Assembly (NCBI GenBank): GCA_964016885.1
Contig: OZ024758.1
Coordinates: forward strand, 12,524,001-12,588,000
Direction of reading: 5' to 3'
DNA: 64,000 nucleotides
Source: Eledone cirrhosa
Lineage: Eukaryota
Both the position numbers and the translations under genes were made by a program. The notes beneath the pieces are model-generated. The model saw only the letters and a list, made by a program, of their open reading frames with translations. It did not search any database and was not told the origin of the DNA. The first letter of the stretch is position 1, and each line of letters starts with the position of its first letter. Below, in pieces: positions 1 through 13,185 of this stretch.

Positions 1-30
1 GGTCTGGCTTTTGGAGGTTCCGATGGTGGA
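1..30 (+). CDS. OGFOD3: OGFOD3 internal exon, 5' part outside the window (GLAFGGSDGG)
   Basis: Frame-1 translation matches the recalled human OGFOD3 segment GLSLGGSDGG; GTAAGT donor at 31. Confidence 0.85.
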
Positions 31-49
31 GTAAGTATGTTTATATATT

Positions 50-290
50 GTAAGGTGTGTATATATGTGTATGTGAAGGTGTGTATATATGTGTAAGTGA
101 AGGTGTGTATATATGTGTATGTGAAGGTTTGTATATATGTGTATGTGAAGGTGTGTATATATGTGTATGTGAAGGTGGGTATATATGTGTATGTGAAGGT
201 GTGTGTATATGAAGGTGTGTATATATGTGTATGTGTGTATATGAAGATGTGTATGTGAAGGTGTGTGAGTATATATGTGTATATATGCTT
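50..290. repeat. 24-bp minisatellite GTGAAGGTGTGTATATATGTGTAT
   Basis: Direct repeats visible in the sequence. Confidence 0.85.
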
Positions 291-484
291 CATGGTAGAG
301 TGGTCAGTAACTAAACTGGCTCCCCCACCAGACCTTTGTATGGTCAGGCTTCTGCCTGCTTCATGGTCAAGCGGTTGGTAACTAAACCAGCTCACCAGAC
401 CCTGGTTTGGTCAGGTCAGGCTCTGCCTGCTACTGGTACCATGTATCAATTATTTACAAAGTTTAAATCTTCTTTATTTAACAG

Positions 485-549
485 GCATCCATTTTAGACT
501 TACATTCTGGGGCTTTATCAAAAGGAAATACTTTTGTGGATATTTTCAA
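485..549 (+). CDS. OGFOD3: OGFOD3 exon (ASILDLHSGALSKGNTFVDIF)
   Basis: ACAG acceptor and GTAAGT donor; ASILDLHSGALS is identical to the recalled human motif; phase joins correctly. Confidence 0.93.
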
Positions 550-739
550 GTAAGTAAAAGAGTTCTTATTTCTAGATAAATTGATAATTTCATTTCCTTA
601 TTGAACTAACTCTCTTTCTCTCTGTCTATATTTCTTTCTGTCTGTCTGAGATATGATCCAAAAGATGTAGCAATACATCAACCCCTAGAACAATTAACGT
701 TTAAATGTTACAATGATTTTTTTTTTTTTTTACTTTTAG

Positions 740-796
740 AATGTTGGCAAATAAATTCAGTGAGGTGTTCACTCAAGAAGATTTCCAAGTTTACAA
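740..796 (+). CDS. OGFOD3: OGFOD3 exon (MLANKFSEVFTQEDFQVY)
   Basis: Poly-T tract plus TAG acceptor, GTATGT donor, phase 2/2; resembles human IFSEEDFRLY. Confidence 0.88.
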
Positions 797-1020
797 GTAT
801 GTGTTGTATCTTTACATCTTTGATGAGTTAATTCTTCTTTCTATGTTTCCCTTTTTGATGAAGGACTTGTGTCCAAAACGTGAAGACTCTTTTATTACTT
901 GTTAAGTGTTAAACAAATATTACTTGTTAAGTGTTAAACAAACTTTATTATAATGCGTTGTTCTCTGGTATTATATTATTTTCATGTTTTGAACTTGTAT
1001 TATATCCATATATATATATA

Positions 1021-1108
<88 letters not shown>

Positions 1109-1318
1109 ATACTGTCATTTACTTATGAAGTAATACTTATATTCCTTCTCAACACCCTTCCATCCTTTCCCTCACCCCACCTATTGTCGACATATATATC
1201 TTTCTTACTGCCCCCCACCCCTCATGTTCCACCTCCTCTCCTCAAAGAGTAGAGAGAGGTCTTCAGGTGCATCAATTTATTATATGTAACCCAATTTCTT
1301 TATATCTTTCTATTACAG

Positions 1319-1472
1319 AAGAGTGAAAGAAAAGGTATTCCAAGCCATAATTAATGAGTTTAGTATTCCTCATACAGATCTCTACCTTACTAAACCAACG
1401 TTCTTCTCAAAAATGACACCAAAACCAGCTAAAACTATTCATGATGAATATTGGCATCTACATGTTGACAAG
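1319..1472 (+). CDS. OGFOD3: OGFOD3 exon (RVKEKVFQAII...LYLTKPTFFSKM...HDEYWHLHVDK) containing the HxD iron ligands
   Basis: ACAG acceptor and GTGAGT donor; LTKPTFFS and HDEYWHxHVDK are OGFOD3 signature motifs. Confidence 0.95.
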
Positions 1473-1921
1473 GTGAGTACGACAGTTTAGTTTCAAATGT
1501 ATCATCATCATCATCATCATCATCACTGTTTTACGTCCGTTCTTCCATGCTAGCATGAGTTAGACAGGTTGTCCTGTTGTGGGCAGTGTCCGGTCGGCTG
1601 ACCTTGTCTTGCTGATACAGGAACTGATTCTGGCTTGATTTCTACAGCTGGATGCCCTTCCTAAGACCAACCTCATTTACAGTGAGTACTCGGTACCTTT
1701 TTTGCCGTGGCGCCAACACGACCACTTTACAGTGGGAGGGTGTGGGGGCATATTGTCTTTATGCTTCAGCTTCGGCTTGTATATATCTGCTATATATTGT
1801 TTCAAATATATATATCTGCTGTATATTGTTTCAAATATATATATACCTGCTATATATTGGGATATACATATTTACAAGGAGACTGCTACAGTTGCTACAG
1901 TTTAGTTTCAAATATATATAT

Positions 1922-2258
1922 GGAGGCACATGGCTTAGTGGTTAGAGCATTGGCTTGCAATCGAAAGGTTGTGAGCTCAATTCTCAGACTGGGTGATGTA
2001 TTGTTTCCTTGAGCAAGACACTTTATTTCACATTCCTCCTGTTTACTCAGCTGTAGAAATGAGATGATAGGGACCCCAGTCCCTATCATTCCACTGCAAA
2101 GTCGTCGTGGAGGTGCCACAGCAAAAAAGCACCCAGCACTCACTGTAAACGAGGTTGGTGTTAGGAAGGGCATCCAGCTGTAGAAATCAAGCCAGAATCA
2201 GTTGCCGTCCCACCCTTGCAAGCAGGGAAAAAGTGGACGTAAAATGAAATGATGATGA
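1922..2258 (+). mobile_element. tRNA-derived SINE family S2 with (ATG)n tail
   Basis: A box TGGCTTAGTGG, B-box-like GAGYTCAATTC, CORE-like ccttgagcaagacacttt, 3' gttggtgttaggaagggcatccagctgtagaaa. Other copies at 1500-1730(-), 13937-14210(-), 14440-14756(-), 15152-15570(+); partial copies at 17940-18070 and 20180-20378. Confidence 0.85.
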
Positions 2259-2837
2259 TATCTGCTATATATTGTTTCAAATATATATCTGCTATATATT
2301 GGGATGTACATGTTGACAAGATGAGAGCTGCAGTCTAGTTTCAAATATATATCTGGTATTAAGTGACCAATATGTTACTAGAGTGTACATATTGACATTG
2401 TAAGTACCACAGTTGCTACAGTCTAGTTTCAGATATATATCTGCTATGTATTGGATGTACATATATCTGTCTTATCTTTGTCTCTACCTGTTTTGTTACA
2501 TCCCAATGTACACTGGAATGAATGATATCAACCTTAATATACTGAAACTGTGGTGATTTCCAGAAGTTGACTGAGGAGATGGGACTGTCCGTCTTTCTAT
2601 TGTTTCTTTTTCAGTGTCTTTGTCCTGTATGCTCCTTAGTTTGAATTTATATTCTAAAGACTTAGCCATGCAGGCTCTTTTGAAACTATATATATATATA
2701 TATATATATTTATTCAGGTTTGAGGTTCACCACTGTATAGAGCTGGTCTATTCCGTATGGTCAATCGTAATAAGAATCGGGTCCTCGATTTTCAGCCCCA
2801 TGGATTTTATCTATTACATTCACATATTATATTTCGA

Positions 2838-2895
2838 ATACCTGATGATGTCACCGGATTCATACGGAACCCGGTCATTGAAATGATCATAGTAT
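2838..2895 (+). ncRNA. Minimal type I hammerhead ribozyme motif (Penelope-like element type) in an OGFOD3 intron
   Basis: AUAC-CUGAUGA-stem II (ACCGG/CCGGU, irregular base)-GAAA-U-GAUC-A-UA^GUAU; stem I AUAC/GUAU; palindromic GAUC loop; AATAAA at 2896; element between (TA)n tracts. Confidence 0.75.
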
Positions 2896-3028
2896 AATAA
2901 ACCTTTCAAGGATTTACACAAATCCAGCCTCCTGTCATTTCATTATAATTATATATATATATATACATATATATATGTGTGTGTGTGTGTTTGTTTATGT
3001 GTATATATATGCCTTCTTCTCACTTCAG

Positions 3029-3152
3029 AAAACCTATGGCACCTTTCACTATACATCTCTTTTATACCTGACAACCTATGGAGAAGATTTCACTGGCGGC
3101 AGATTTATATATGTTGACAAAGATAAGAATTCTACTGTGGAACCAAAATTAG
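3029..3152 (+). CDS. OGFOD3: OGFOD3 exon (KTYGTFHYTSLLYLTTYGEDFTGGRFIYVDKDKNSTVEPKL)
   Basis: TTCAG acceptor and GTGAGT donor; YTSLLYL..DF.GGRF 2OG-oxygenase core. Confidence 0.95.
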
Positions 3153-3399
3153 GTGAGTTAATTTGATGTTTGTAATTTCACCATTAAAATATTTTAATCT
3201 TATTTGTAAAGGTGAGTGGCTTAGTGGTTAGAGAGTTGGATTAGCAATCATGAGGTTGGGAGTTCAATTCTCAGATCGATATATGAAGTACCAGTAATGC
3301 ACTGAGGTTGATTTAATCAACTTTCCCTTCCCCCAAAATTGCTGGCCTTGTGCCTATATAAAAAAACCATTATTGTTATTATTTATCTTACTCATGATT

Positions 3400-4030
3400 T
3401 GGACAACATGCTTTGTGACATAGTGTTACATCCCTTTATATTCTGAGTTCAAATCTCGCCATGGTTAGCTTTGTGTTTCATCCTCACGGGGGTCAATAAA
3501 TAAAGTACCAGTAATGCACTGGGTCAATAAATAAAGTACCAGTAATACACTGGGGTTGATTTAATCGAATTTCCCTTTCCACAAAGATTGCTGGCCTTGT
3601 GCCTAAAGTAGAAACAATTATTATTATTAAAGCATTTTGAGTTCAAATCCCGCCGAGGTTGACTTTGCCTTTCATCCTTACGGGGGTCGATAAAATAAAG
3701 TACCAGTAATGCACTGGGTAATTGCTGGCCTTGTGCCTAAAGTAGAAACAATTATTATTATTAAACCATTTTGAGTTCAAATCCCGCCGAGGTTGACTTT
3801 GCCTTTCATCCTTACGGGGGTCGATAAAATAAAGTACCAGTAATGCCCTGGGTAATTGCTGGCCTTGTGCCTAAAGTAGAAACAATTATTATTATTAAAC
3901 CATTTTGAGTTCAAATCCCGCCGAGGTTGACTTTGCCTTTCATCCTTACGGGGTCGATAAAATAAAGTACCAGTAATGCCCTGGGTAATTGCTGGCCTTG
4001 TGCCTAAAGTAGAAACAATTATTAAACCAT
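3400..4030 (+). repeat. S1 SINE 3' half tandemly amplified (three 134-bp units from 3633) directly upstream of the last OGFOD3 exon
   Basis: cattttgagttcaaatcccgcc recurs at 3633, 3767 and 3901. Confidence 0.88.
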
Positions 4031-4062
4031 TTTATTATAATTATTTATTTTTGTCTTTGTAG

Positions 4063-4189
4063 GTCGTGTGTCATTTTTCACTTCGGGTTCGGAAAACCCC
4101 CATTTTGTGGAAAGGGTTACTTCAGGCGAGAGATATGCAATCACCATTTCATTCACATGTGATCCAACTAAAGCGATTAAAATCCAATG
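4063..4189 (+). CDS. OGFOD3: OGFOD3 terminal coding exon (GRVSFFTSGSENPHFVERVTSGERYAITISFTCDPTKAIKIQ*)
   Basis: GTAG acceptor; GRVSFFTSGSEN.H.VE.V..G.RYAIT motif with the distal His and 2OG-binding Arg; TGA at 4187-4189. Confidence 0.95.
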
Positions 4190-4362
4190 ATTTCATAAAC
4201 TGTTTTATTGAACCAAGTGAATTCTACATAAAACATTATTTATTGTCATATATATATATATACACACACACATATATATACATACATGCATGCATATATA
4301 TATGTATATATATACATACACACACACATATATATATACATACATACATGCATATATATATG

Positions 4363-4446
<84 letters not shown>

Positions 4447-4907
4447 ATTATAATTGAATATAAAAGAAAGACAAACACAGATATATACATCTATGTGTTC
4501 GTCTTTCTTTTATATTTAATTATAATATACAGCTCGGAAAAATCTCTTTCCTAGAGCTATTTTATTGTAAGAGACTATTTTGAGTTTCTAACTAAATATA
4601 TATATATATATATATATATTGTTATACTTTGGGAGGGTCATGTTGCCAATAAGAAACACACGCACCAGTTGCTTTCACTTCAATTTATTATAATAAATTT
4701 ATAAATTTACGAATTTATAAATTTCCGGTTGGTTGGTTGGTTGGTTCCACAACCAGATGGTTGTTTATATATTGTCAAAGTTCTTTCGTCACACATTCTG
4801 TGACCCCTTCAGTGACTGGGGATTCTTTTCTTTGTTTTTGTGCCTCTCCTTTGTTCTGTCCTACGCCATCTTGTTTTTGTGTGTATATATATATATATAT
4901 ATATATA

Positions 4908-5152
4908 GATCCGTCTCTTCATTGCTGTAGTGGAGTCTGTGCTGCTGTACGGGTCTGAGATTTGGACACTGACCAAGAAACTCACTCAGATGGTGGATGG
5001 GTGCTACACGAGAATGCTGAGGATGGCTCTGAACATTAATCAGCATACACTGAGGATGAAAAACTCAGAGCTGTATGGGAGCCTCCCAAAAGTCAGCTCA
5101 AAAGTGACACAGAGAAGACTGAGATTAACTGGACATGCTCACCGACATCCAG
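4908..5152 (+). mobile_element. RTE-clade LINE fragment (region after the RT domain)
   Basis: VESVLLYGSEIWTLTKK...RMLRMALNI...RRLRLTGHAHRH. Confidence 0.8.
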
Positions 5153-5266
5153 AGTTTGTTTTTGTGCCTCTCCTTTGTTCTGTTCTACGCCATCTTGTTT
5201 TTGTACCAACAAGATGGCGTAGGACAGAACAAAGGAGAGGCACAAAAACAAAGAAAAGAATCCCCA

Positions 5267-5309
5267 GTCGCTGAAGAGGTCACAGAATGTGTGACGAAAT
5301 AACTTTGAC
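5267..5309 (+). ncRNA. Hammerhead-like motif; inverted sister copy at 4774-4816 (-)
   Basis: GUCG-CUGAAGA-G-GUCACA/UGUGAC-GAAA-UAAC-UU^UGAC; stem I GUCR/UGAC; stem III vestigial. Confidence 0.55.
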
Positions 5310-6181
5310 AATATATAAACAATCATCTGGTTGTGGAACCAACCAACCAACTGGAAATTTATAAATTCGTAAATTTATAAATTTATTATAATAAATTAAA
5401 GTGAAAGCAACTGGTGCGTGTGTTTCTTATTGGCAACATGACCCTCCCAAAGTATAACAATATCGGTTTCAACACACGTTTTCAGATAAAGAATCTTGCT
5501 AAACAAATTCAGAAATGAAATATATATATAAATATATATATTCTCAATTGTTGTGCTCATATATATATATATATATATATCAAAAACACACACATATATA
5601 TATATATATATAGTTTAGGTATTGTAATGTGAAGTTACTGTTGGTTCACCAAATGAAGCACTTCAATGTGTAGTCTCCAGTATGTACTTTGGGGTTGTAC
5701 TATATATATGTATATATGTGTGTATATGTGTATATCCTCCTCAGAGTTGGCTATTGGAGGTATATGTGTATATATATATATACATGTATGTGTGTGTGTT
5801 TATATTTATATATATATATGTTTATATATATATATATATATATGTTTATATATATATATATATATATGTTTATATATATATATTTATTTATATATATGTT
5901 TATATATATATATATATGTTTATATATATATATATATATATGTTGATATATATATATGTTTATATGTTTATATATATATATATATGTGTTTATATATATA
6001 TATATATATATATGTTTATATATATATATATATATATGTTTATATATATATATTTATTTATATATATGTTTATATGTTTATATATATATATATGTTGATA
6101 TATATATATGTTTATATATATATATATATATATATATGTTGATATATATATATGTATTTATTTATGTTTATATATATATTT

Positions 6182-6218
<37 letters not shown>

Positions 6219-6335
6219 TATATATATATATATATATATATATATGTTTAGATATATATATGATATATATATGTTTATATATATATATATATATGTTTAT
6301 ATATATATATATATGTTTATATATATATATATATG

Positions 6336-6460
<125 letters not shown>

Positions 6461-6835
6461 TTATATATATATATGTTTATATATATATATACATATATAT
6501 ATATATTTTGAGTATATGTTGGTTGTATGCCAACACCTCAGTATGCAGATTGGAGCACTCAACGAAGTGCGCAGGTTGGTTTGGTTACTCCGGAGTAATG
6601 TAAAATAAAATAAGTCAAATATTTAAAATTTGGCTTCGTTTATTACTGCTATATATATTTCGGTGACAGCCATCTTTGATATGCCCAGTTCCTGGTTGGG
6701 TTGTTATTTCACTGAGGAACTGGATTCCAATTCCTCAGTGAAATAACAACGCAACCAAGAACTGCGCATATCAGAGTATTGACAAAGTTAAACACCTCAA
6801 CAAAATGTGTACTCGTCTCTACCACACTAATTCGG

Positions 6836-6890
6836 ACTGCCTGAAGAGGTCACAACCAAAGATGGCTGTCACCGATATATATATAGCAGT
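6836..6890 (+). ncRNA. Hammerhead motif with GAAA mutated to GAUA; an intact 3' half is present inverted at 6645-6678
   Basis: ACUGC-CUGAAGA-GGUCACAACC/GGCUGUCACC-GA(U)A-U-AUAU-A-UA^GCAGU-AAUAAA; 5-bp stem I. Confidence 0.7.
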
Positions 6891-7198
6891 AATAAACAAA
6901 GCCAAATCTTAAACATTTGACTTATTTATTTTATTTTATTTTATTATATATATATATATATGTTTATATGTATATTGTTATACTTTGGGAGGGTCATGTT
7001 GCCAATAATTATTGGCAACATGACCCTCCCAAAGTACAACAATATCGGTTTCAACACACGTTTTCAGATAAAGAATCTTGCTAAACAAATTCAGAAACTT
7101 TATATATATATATAAACATATATATATATAAACATATATATATATGTTTATATAAACATATATATATATGTTTATATAAACATATATATATATATATA

Positions 7199-7245
<47 letters not shown>

Positions 7246-7563
7246 TTGTTCAAAGCAACAGTGTTCCAAACCAATGTTATATATACATATCACAATTTAC
7301 TTCAGAAAGTAATCCTTTGAAATTTGAGAATTTTATTGAAGTTTCTTTCTTTATATTTGTTAATCCAACATTATGATATAAGATACTTGCTCAAGATTGC
7401 ACACAATAAACCTGGAATTACTTGACTTTCAAAACAATCTTCTTAATCGCACAATAAATAAATTATTACTTACTGTTGTTACATAGAAATTATAGAAATG
7501 GTTTTTCCTTTCAATTTTTATTTTTTATTTTATTTTTTTTCTAAAGAATTTTCTTCCAGATAG

Positions 7564-7595
<32 letters not shown>

Positions 7596-7709
7596 CATCA
7601 TCATCATTTAAGATCTATCTTCCACGCTAGCATGGGTTAGACGGGAACTGTCCCATTTGAGGCAAGATTGATCGGGTGACTCGCTTGTATAGGACTGTGT
7701 ATACACACA

Positions 7710-7765
<56 letters not shown>

Positions 7766-8584
7766 GATGCATTGGCAAAGAAAAATTGGATAGCAAGTCA
7801 ATGAACTTTCATAGATGGTAAAATTCAGAAATTTCCCAGAACAAATACTGCTAAGAATTTGTCTGACGCTCTACCGACTTAGTGAATTCGCCAATTATAA
7901 TTAATTTACAATTAATAATAATAGGCATTTTAACACATCAGAATACATAATTATATCCAAGTACAAGGATATTTAAGCAGCAATTGGCCAATTTAATTAT
8001 CAGTACCACCCTAAAATGGAAACAATATAGTTTAGAGAGAACTATTTACTCTGGCCTAGAACTGGTGCCATGATAAAATACACCGAGTAGATCCTGTTAA
8101 GTATTTGGTTGTAGGTATTATGACAAATATAAAACATATGAGCTAGATGAGGTTTGTCCCACCCATCAAGTCTTGGACTGTTACAATCTGTCCGGCCAAT
8201 CTTTAGAAAAGATGTACAGTAATCTCTGTGTGTCATAAGAAGCTACTAAAAGGGTTGGCATCAGGAAAGGTATTCAACTGTAAAACATTGTCTCAAAACA
8301 TCCCATCCAACCCATGCCAGCATAGAAAAGTGGACCTAAAAAATAACGATGACCACTTCTATAAATATCCTCATCACCATATGTGTTTCTACTTTAGGCA
8401 CAAGGCCAGCAAATTACCCAGTGCATTACTGGTACTTTATTTTATCGACCCCATAAGGATGAAAGGCAAAGTCAACCTCAGCGGGATTTGAACTCAGATC
8501 GTAAAGGGACGTAACTATGCTGGAAAGTATGGCGTCCGATCCTCTACCGATACTGCCATCATCACCATATAATGTTACAATCAT

Positions 8585-8835
8585 GTTAAAGTCTGTTCTA
8601 AGTTGATGGCTCATCAAACAGGAGCTTATCTTTGGTTTTCTTGGTGTTAAGTAACTGAGAGTACCAGACTCTCCTCTCCCTGGATAGGATGCCAATCTAC
8701 TGCAGGTTTAACTCCACAGCTACTGCAGGTACTCACTCACAGCTGAGTATACTGGAGCGACGTGAAATAAAATGTTTTGCTCAAGAACACAAGGCAGCAC
8801 TTTGCCAAGGAATCGAACTAACAGTATTACGATCA
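8585..8835 (-). mobile_element. Old diverged SINE
   Basis: Reverse complement contains gttcgattcc B-box and ttcttgagcaaaacattttatttcacgtcgctccag, shared with the S2 head region. Confidence 0.5.
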
Positions 8836-9486
8836 TACATCAAGCCGCCTAAGAGTTGTTCGGACGCAGTATTGAGACACAGTGTTTCTTGGACAATTTT
8901 TTTAAAAACCTGGTGAAGATCTGAATACAGCAGATTTCTTCCAGAGAAGGATAGATAGAGAGAGAATGGAAGTGAGAAAGAGATATAGAGGAAGAATCGA
9001 CTCAGTAGTTAACTGGTACTTTTTTTTATAGACCTTGAATGGATGAAAAGCAAAGTTGACCTCGGCGGGATTTGAACTCAGAGAACAGAAAGCTGAAACG
9101 AACACTGCAAAGCATTCTATCTGATGTTTTAACGACTCTACTAATTAGCTCCCTGTCCTTCACATTACACCTTATTTTAAGAAAGGAAAGACACAATTTG
9201 AATTAGAGTCCTTCATGCATTGCTTCGAAATAAGGATTCTCATGGCTTGATTGGTTTTATAAGATGTATTTACCATTAGAATTAAGAGCTGAAAGTGAAA
9301 TTAACAAGGAAGTCTGTCTCTTTGTGGTCACATGAGCTGCTAGAAATAATAGTAACGCACTCCCTACTGAAGGACACACTGTATAATGTTAGATAAGTAT
9401 GTCTATGAAAGACAGGAGGGTCAGTATTGGAACGTCTTTGTAACATTGATCAATTAAGCTTTATCTGAAGTGAAACAGTAAACTAG

Positions 9487-9524
<38 letters not shown>

Positions 9525-10254
9525 ACACTACTACTAACACTACTACTAACACTACTACTACTACTAACACTATCACAACTACTACCACTGTTACTAAACC
9601 AAAACAACTACTACTACTACTACTACTACTACCATGACTAAACAGTAAACAACTACTACCACCACCAGCACTACTACTTACATTACCACCACTACTACTA
9701 CTATTACCTCAAGTACAAGTACTACTTCTATTACTGCTATTATTACTCTCACCACCACCACAGCAGCAGTAGTACTATCACCACACCACACCACACCACT
9801 CTACCCCCACACACAAGTATAAGCCCCCCCCCCCCCACCACTATGACCATTACACAGTAAATATAGTTTTTTAACCTAGATATAATGTTTTAAAGGAAGA
9901 GTGTTTTAAAGTTTTGTCATATATACGCCCCCCGTTTACTGGAGTTAAAACATTATTTAAGGATATATAGACTATTGGATAGAATATTTAATTAATTAGA
10001 TATTAATTAATTGAATATTAATTAAACAGACAACTACCTGTTCAGTAGAAAGACAGTTGAAAACTTTTGTAAACGGTAAAGATCGCTTTATTCTCTCTCA
10101 TTTTGTTTTGTATAAAGACATGTCTCTATATATGAACATATGTGTGTGTATATATAAATATATATATAGTTTGTTTGTATATATACATGAATATATCTAG
10201 TTTGTGTGGATATATACATGAATATATATAGTTTGTTGGTATATATATGAATAT

Positions 10255-10745
10255 ATATATATATATGAATGTATATACTTTGTATATATATATGAATGTA
10301 TATACTTTGTATGTATATATATATGAATGTATATACTTTGTATGTATGTATATATATATGAATGTATATACTTTGTATGTATATATATATGAATGTATAT
10401 ACTTTGTGTATATATATATATGAATGTATATACTTTGTGTATATATATATGAATGTATATACTTTGTGTGTATATATATATGAATGTATATACTTTGTGT
10501 ATATATATATATATGAATGTATATACTTTGTGTATATATATATATATATGAATGTATATACTTTGTGTATATATATATGAATGTATATACTTTGTGTATA
10601 TATATATATGAATGTATATACTTTGTGTATATATATATATATGAATGTATATACTTTGTGTATATATATATATATATATATATGAATGTATATACTTTGT
10701 GTATATATATATATGAATGTATATACTTTGTGTGGATGTATACAT
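10255..10745. repeat. About 29-bp minisatellite (TA)n-GAATGTATATACTTTGTG
   Basis: Direct repeats with variable TA count. Confidence 0.85.
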
Positions 10746-10869
10746 GAATGTATATAGCTTGTATATATACATGAATGTATATTATTTGTGTCTATCGATG
10801 ATAGCTATCGTAAATATATATCATATATTGTATACACATACATATATATATCTGTATACACACACACAC

Positions 10870-10912
<43 letters not shown>

Positions 10913-11442
10913 ATGTTAGTAATTATTAACACCAGTGTATATAAATATATGCTGTATATACTGTACACACTGGTGTTGCTTGCATATAATGTCATGTATA
11001 ATATATATATATTCGTTTTCATTATTGAAATACACACGGGGCGGTGGATTGGCAGTATTGGGAGAGAGTCGGACGCCATGCTTTGACGTATGGAGTTACG
11101 GCCCTTGCCATTCTGAGTTCAAATCCCGCCGAGGTTAACTTTGCCTTTCATCCTTACGGGGTCGATAAAATAAAGTACCAGTAATGCACTGGGTGATTGC
11201 TGGCCTTGTGCCTAACGTAGAAACAATTATTTATATACACACACTTGTGTGTAATGATATGTTATGTGTATGAAATACGTGAACGAATGTGTATGTGTGT
11301 GTGTATATATATATATACACATATATATATATATATACATACATACACACACATAAACACCCTCTGTGTATATTACACCGACACTCATCGATCATCTTAT
11401 AGTCGACTCGTGAAACTTTTAAATCCATAGTTGTAATCCTGT

Positions 11443-11493
<51 letters not shown>

Positions 11494-11624
11494 ATCAAAA
11501 GATGGTTAAAGGAGTTCCATGTATTTTATTATGCGCATTTCAAAATGCGTTTTAAATCAACATATGTTGATTTAAAACTGCACTATCCACAAGTGTTTTT
11601 TAGCCTTCATATCATGTTCTCCTG

Positions 11625-11691
11625 TTTTATCTGATGAAAACACAAATATTATTGCATGATGATGTTTGTTTTTGAAATGCGCATAATAAAA
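11625..11691 (+). ncRNA. Minimal type I hammerhead ribozyme motif
   Basis: UUUUAU-CUGAUGA-long stem II (CAAAUAUUAU/AUGAUGUUUG)-GAAA-U-GCGC-A-UA^AUAAAA; 6-bp stem I; predicted cleavage after 11685. Confidence 0.78.
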
Positions 11692-11816
11692 TACATAGAA
11701 CTCCTTTAACCATCTTTTGATCTTATATATTATGTATACTCCAGTCCTACAAACTGTAGAGTGCTTCTTATCCGATATCTGCATTGCTTTATTGTACTAC
11801 AATAAAACTCACCTCC

Positions 11817-11867
<51 letters not shown>

Positions 11868-11870
<3 letters not shown>

Positions 11871-12005
11871 TCCAGAAATAGCCGTCGATACGGCTTGAGC
11901 TCTGCCGTCGGGGTCATACATTTTCCTATTACCCACTCTACTACCCTAAGTATTGAGTACTCTGGTGCGTTATGGTCCACCTGGTTCCTTACCACAACTC
12001 TTTCG

Positions 12006-12038
<33 letters not shown>

Positions 12039-12180
12039 AAGAAAGACAGTGTGCTAAGAAACCAGGTCGACCATAACGCACCAGAGTACTCAATAATTGG
12101 GGTAGTAGAGTGGGTAATAGGAAAAGAGTCAGGACCCCAACGGGTGAGCTCCTGCCGTTTCGACAGCTAGATCCTCTCTA
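11868..12180. mobile_element. Short (TA)n-embedded element family 'A' carrying a hammerhead 3' half; two tail-to-tail copies here, others at 26828-26856, 35340-35526, 54158-54205, 56473-56560, 57589-57730, 58013-58215
   Basis: Shared sequence agcYgtcGAAACGGCttGAGCTCwGCCGTCggggtc...ttacccactctactacc...ggttccttaccaca...ttcgtt, next to simple repeats, mostly (TA)n. Confidence 0.7.
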
Positions 12181-12224
12181 GTCACCTGTTTGTGAACGTA
12201 TGTGTGTGTGTGTGTGTGTGTGTG

Positions 12225-12265
<41 letters not shown>

Positions 12266-12388
12266 AAAGGGGATATTTAATTTGTTGGTAATCCAACTTC
12301 ATATATAGACGACGTGACATTACACACAAGTGTGGGGAAATAAATACATAATGCTTTCTTTATTTAATAATAATGCTTTCTTTACGAA

Positions 12389-12425
<37 letters not shown>

Positions 12426-12849
12426 GACATTATATACAAACACAAGTGTGTATATATTTTTGAGGACACCCTATATATATTTATATATAACACCTTGCTA
12501 TCCAGGTGTTCATGTTGTGTATTTATACAAGTTATTCTATATAAATTTCAAACGCAACTAACTTGTATTGTTTACTTTTTCAGTTGAAAGGTCAACGTTT
12601 TATTACTATGACTCATTTTCAAATTGTTTACCTACAAATTCAAATTCGATGATTAATAAATCAAAATTGCTAGCCTTATGCCTAGAGTTCAAATCCCGCC
12701 GAGGTTAACTTTGCCTTTCGTCCTTACACTGTCGATAAAATAAAGTACCAGTAATGTACTGGGTAATTCCTGGCCTTGTGCCATAAGTAGAAACAATTAT
12801 TATTAATATTATTATTATACACAAGGCAATAAAGAAAGCATTATTATAT

Positions 12850-13185
12850 TCTTCCCAGCATTTTGTTGAAAGATGGGTGAGAGAGGCAAGAATGGCCCGA
12901 GTGAATGGGCCTACTCTGAGTATGTCTGTAAATTAAAGGTGGAAAACTGGGAGAGGGCACTTGCCCTGGTGGTCAGGGTCATTGTGGTTTTTTTAATGGG
13001 CTTTCTCCACGAATGTCACTCGGAAGTCTCCCCCATATTGGGGAATTTTTCATTTTTTTGTTACATCCTTTGTTTTTGTTTTTTACACGCAGAAATGCCC
13101 ATTTGTACCGTCCTGTATTGTCCTGTACTGTCCTTAATGTCTACTTTATCTAAACCCTTGTGGTTAATAAAGAAAGTATTATTAT
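12850..13185 (+). mobile_element. 3' fragment of a Tx1-like LINE related to the 41680-47497 element
   Basis: gggtga...gcaagaatggcccgagtgaatgggcctactctga matches the ORF2 end; cccttgtggttaataaag plus (ATT)n. Related 3' ends at 35549-35900(-), 47510-47830(-), 60633-60690(-), 60778-61003(-), 63183-63270(-). Confidence 0.8.

Larger units (their letters stand above)
4619..5520. mobile_element. Penelope-like pseudo-LTR fragments in inverted arrangement (about 4620-4878 and 5205-5458) enclosing an RTE fragment; fold-back relative at 6975-7098
   Basis: About 255-bp near-perfect inverted repeat carrying hammerhead-like motifs, bounded by (TA)n. Confidence 0.6.

Noticed and set aside
1922-1995. SINE heads as tRNA genes
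   Set aside because: A and B boxes are present, but there is no complete cloverleaf and each continues into a SINE body.
8042-10110. Possible minus-strand exons at about 8050-8200 and 10038-10105
   Set aside because: Splice-like signals exist, but no coherent reading frame or recognisable protein was found.
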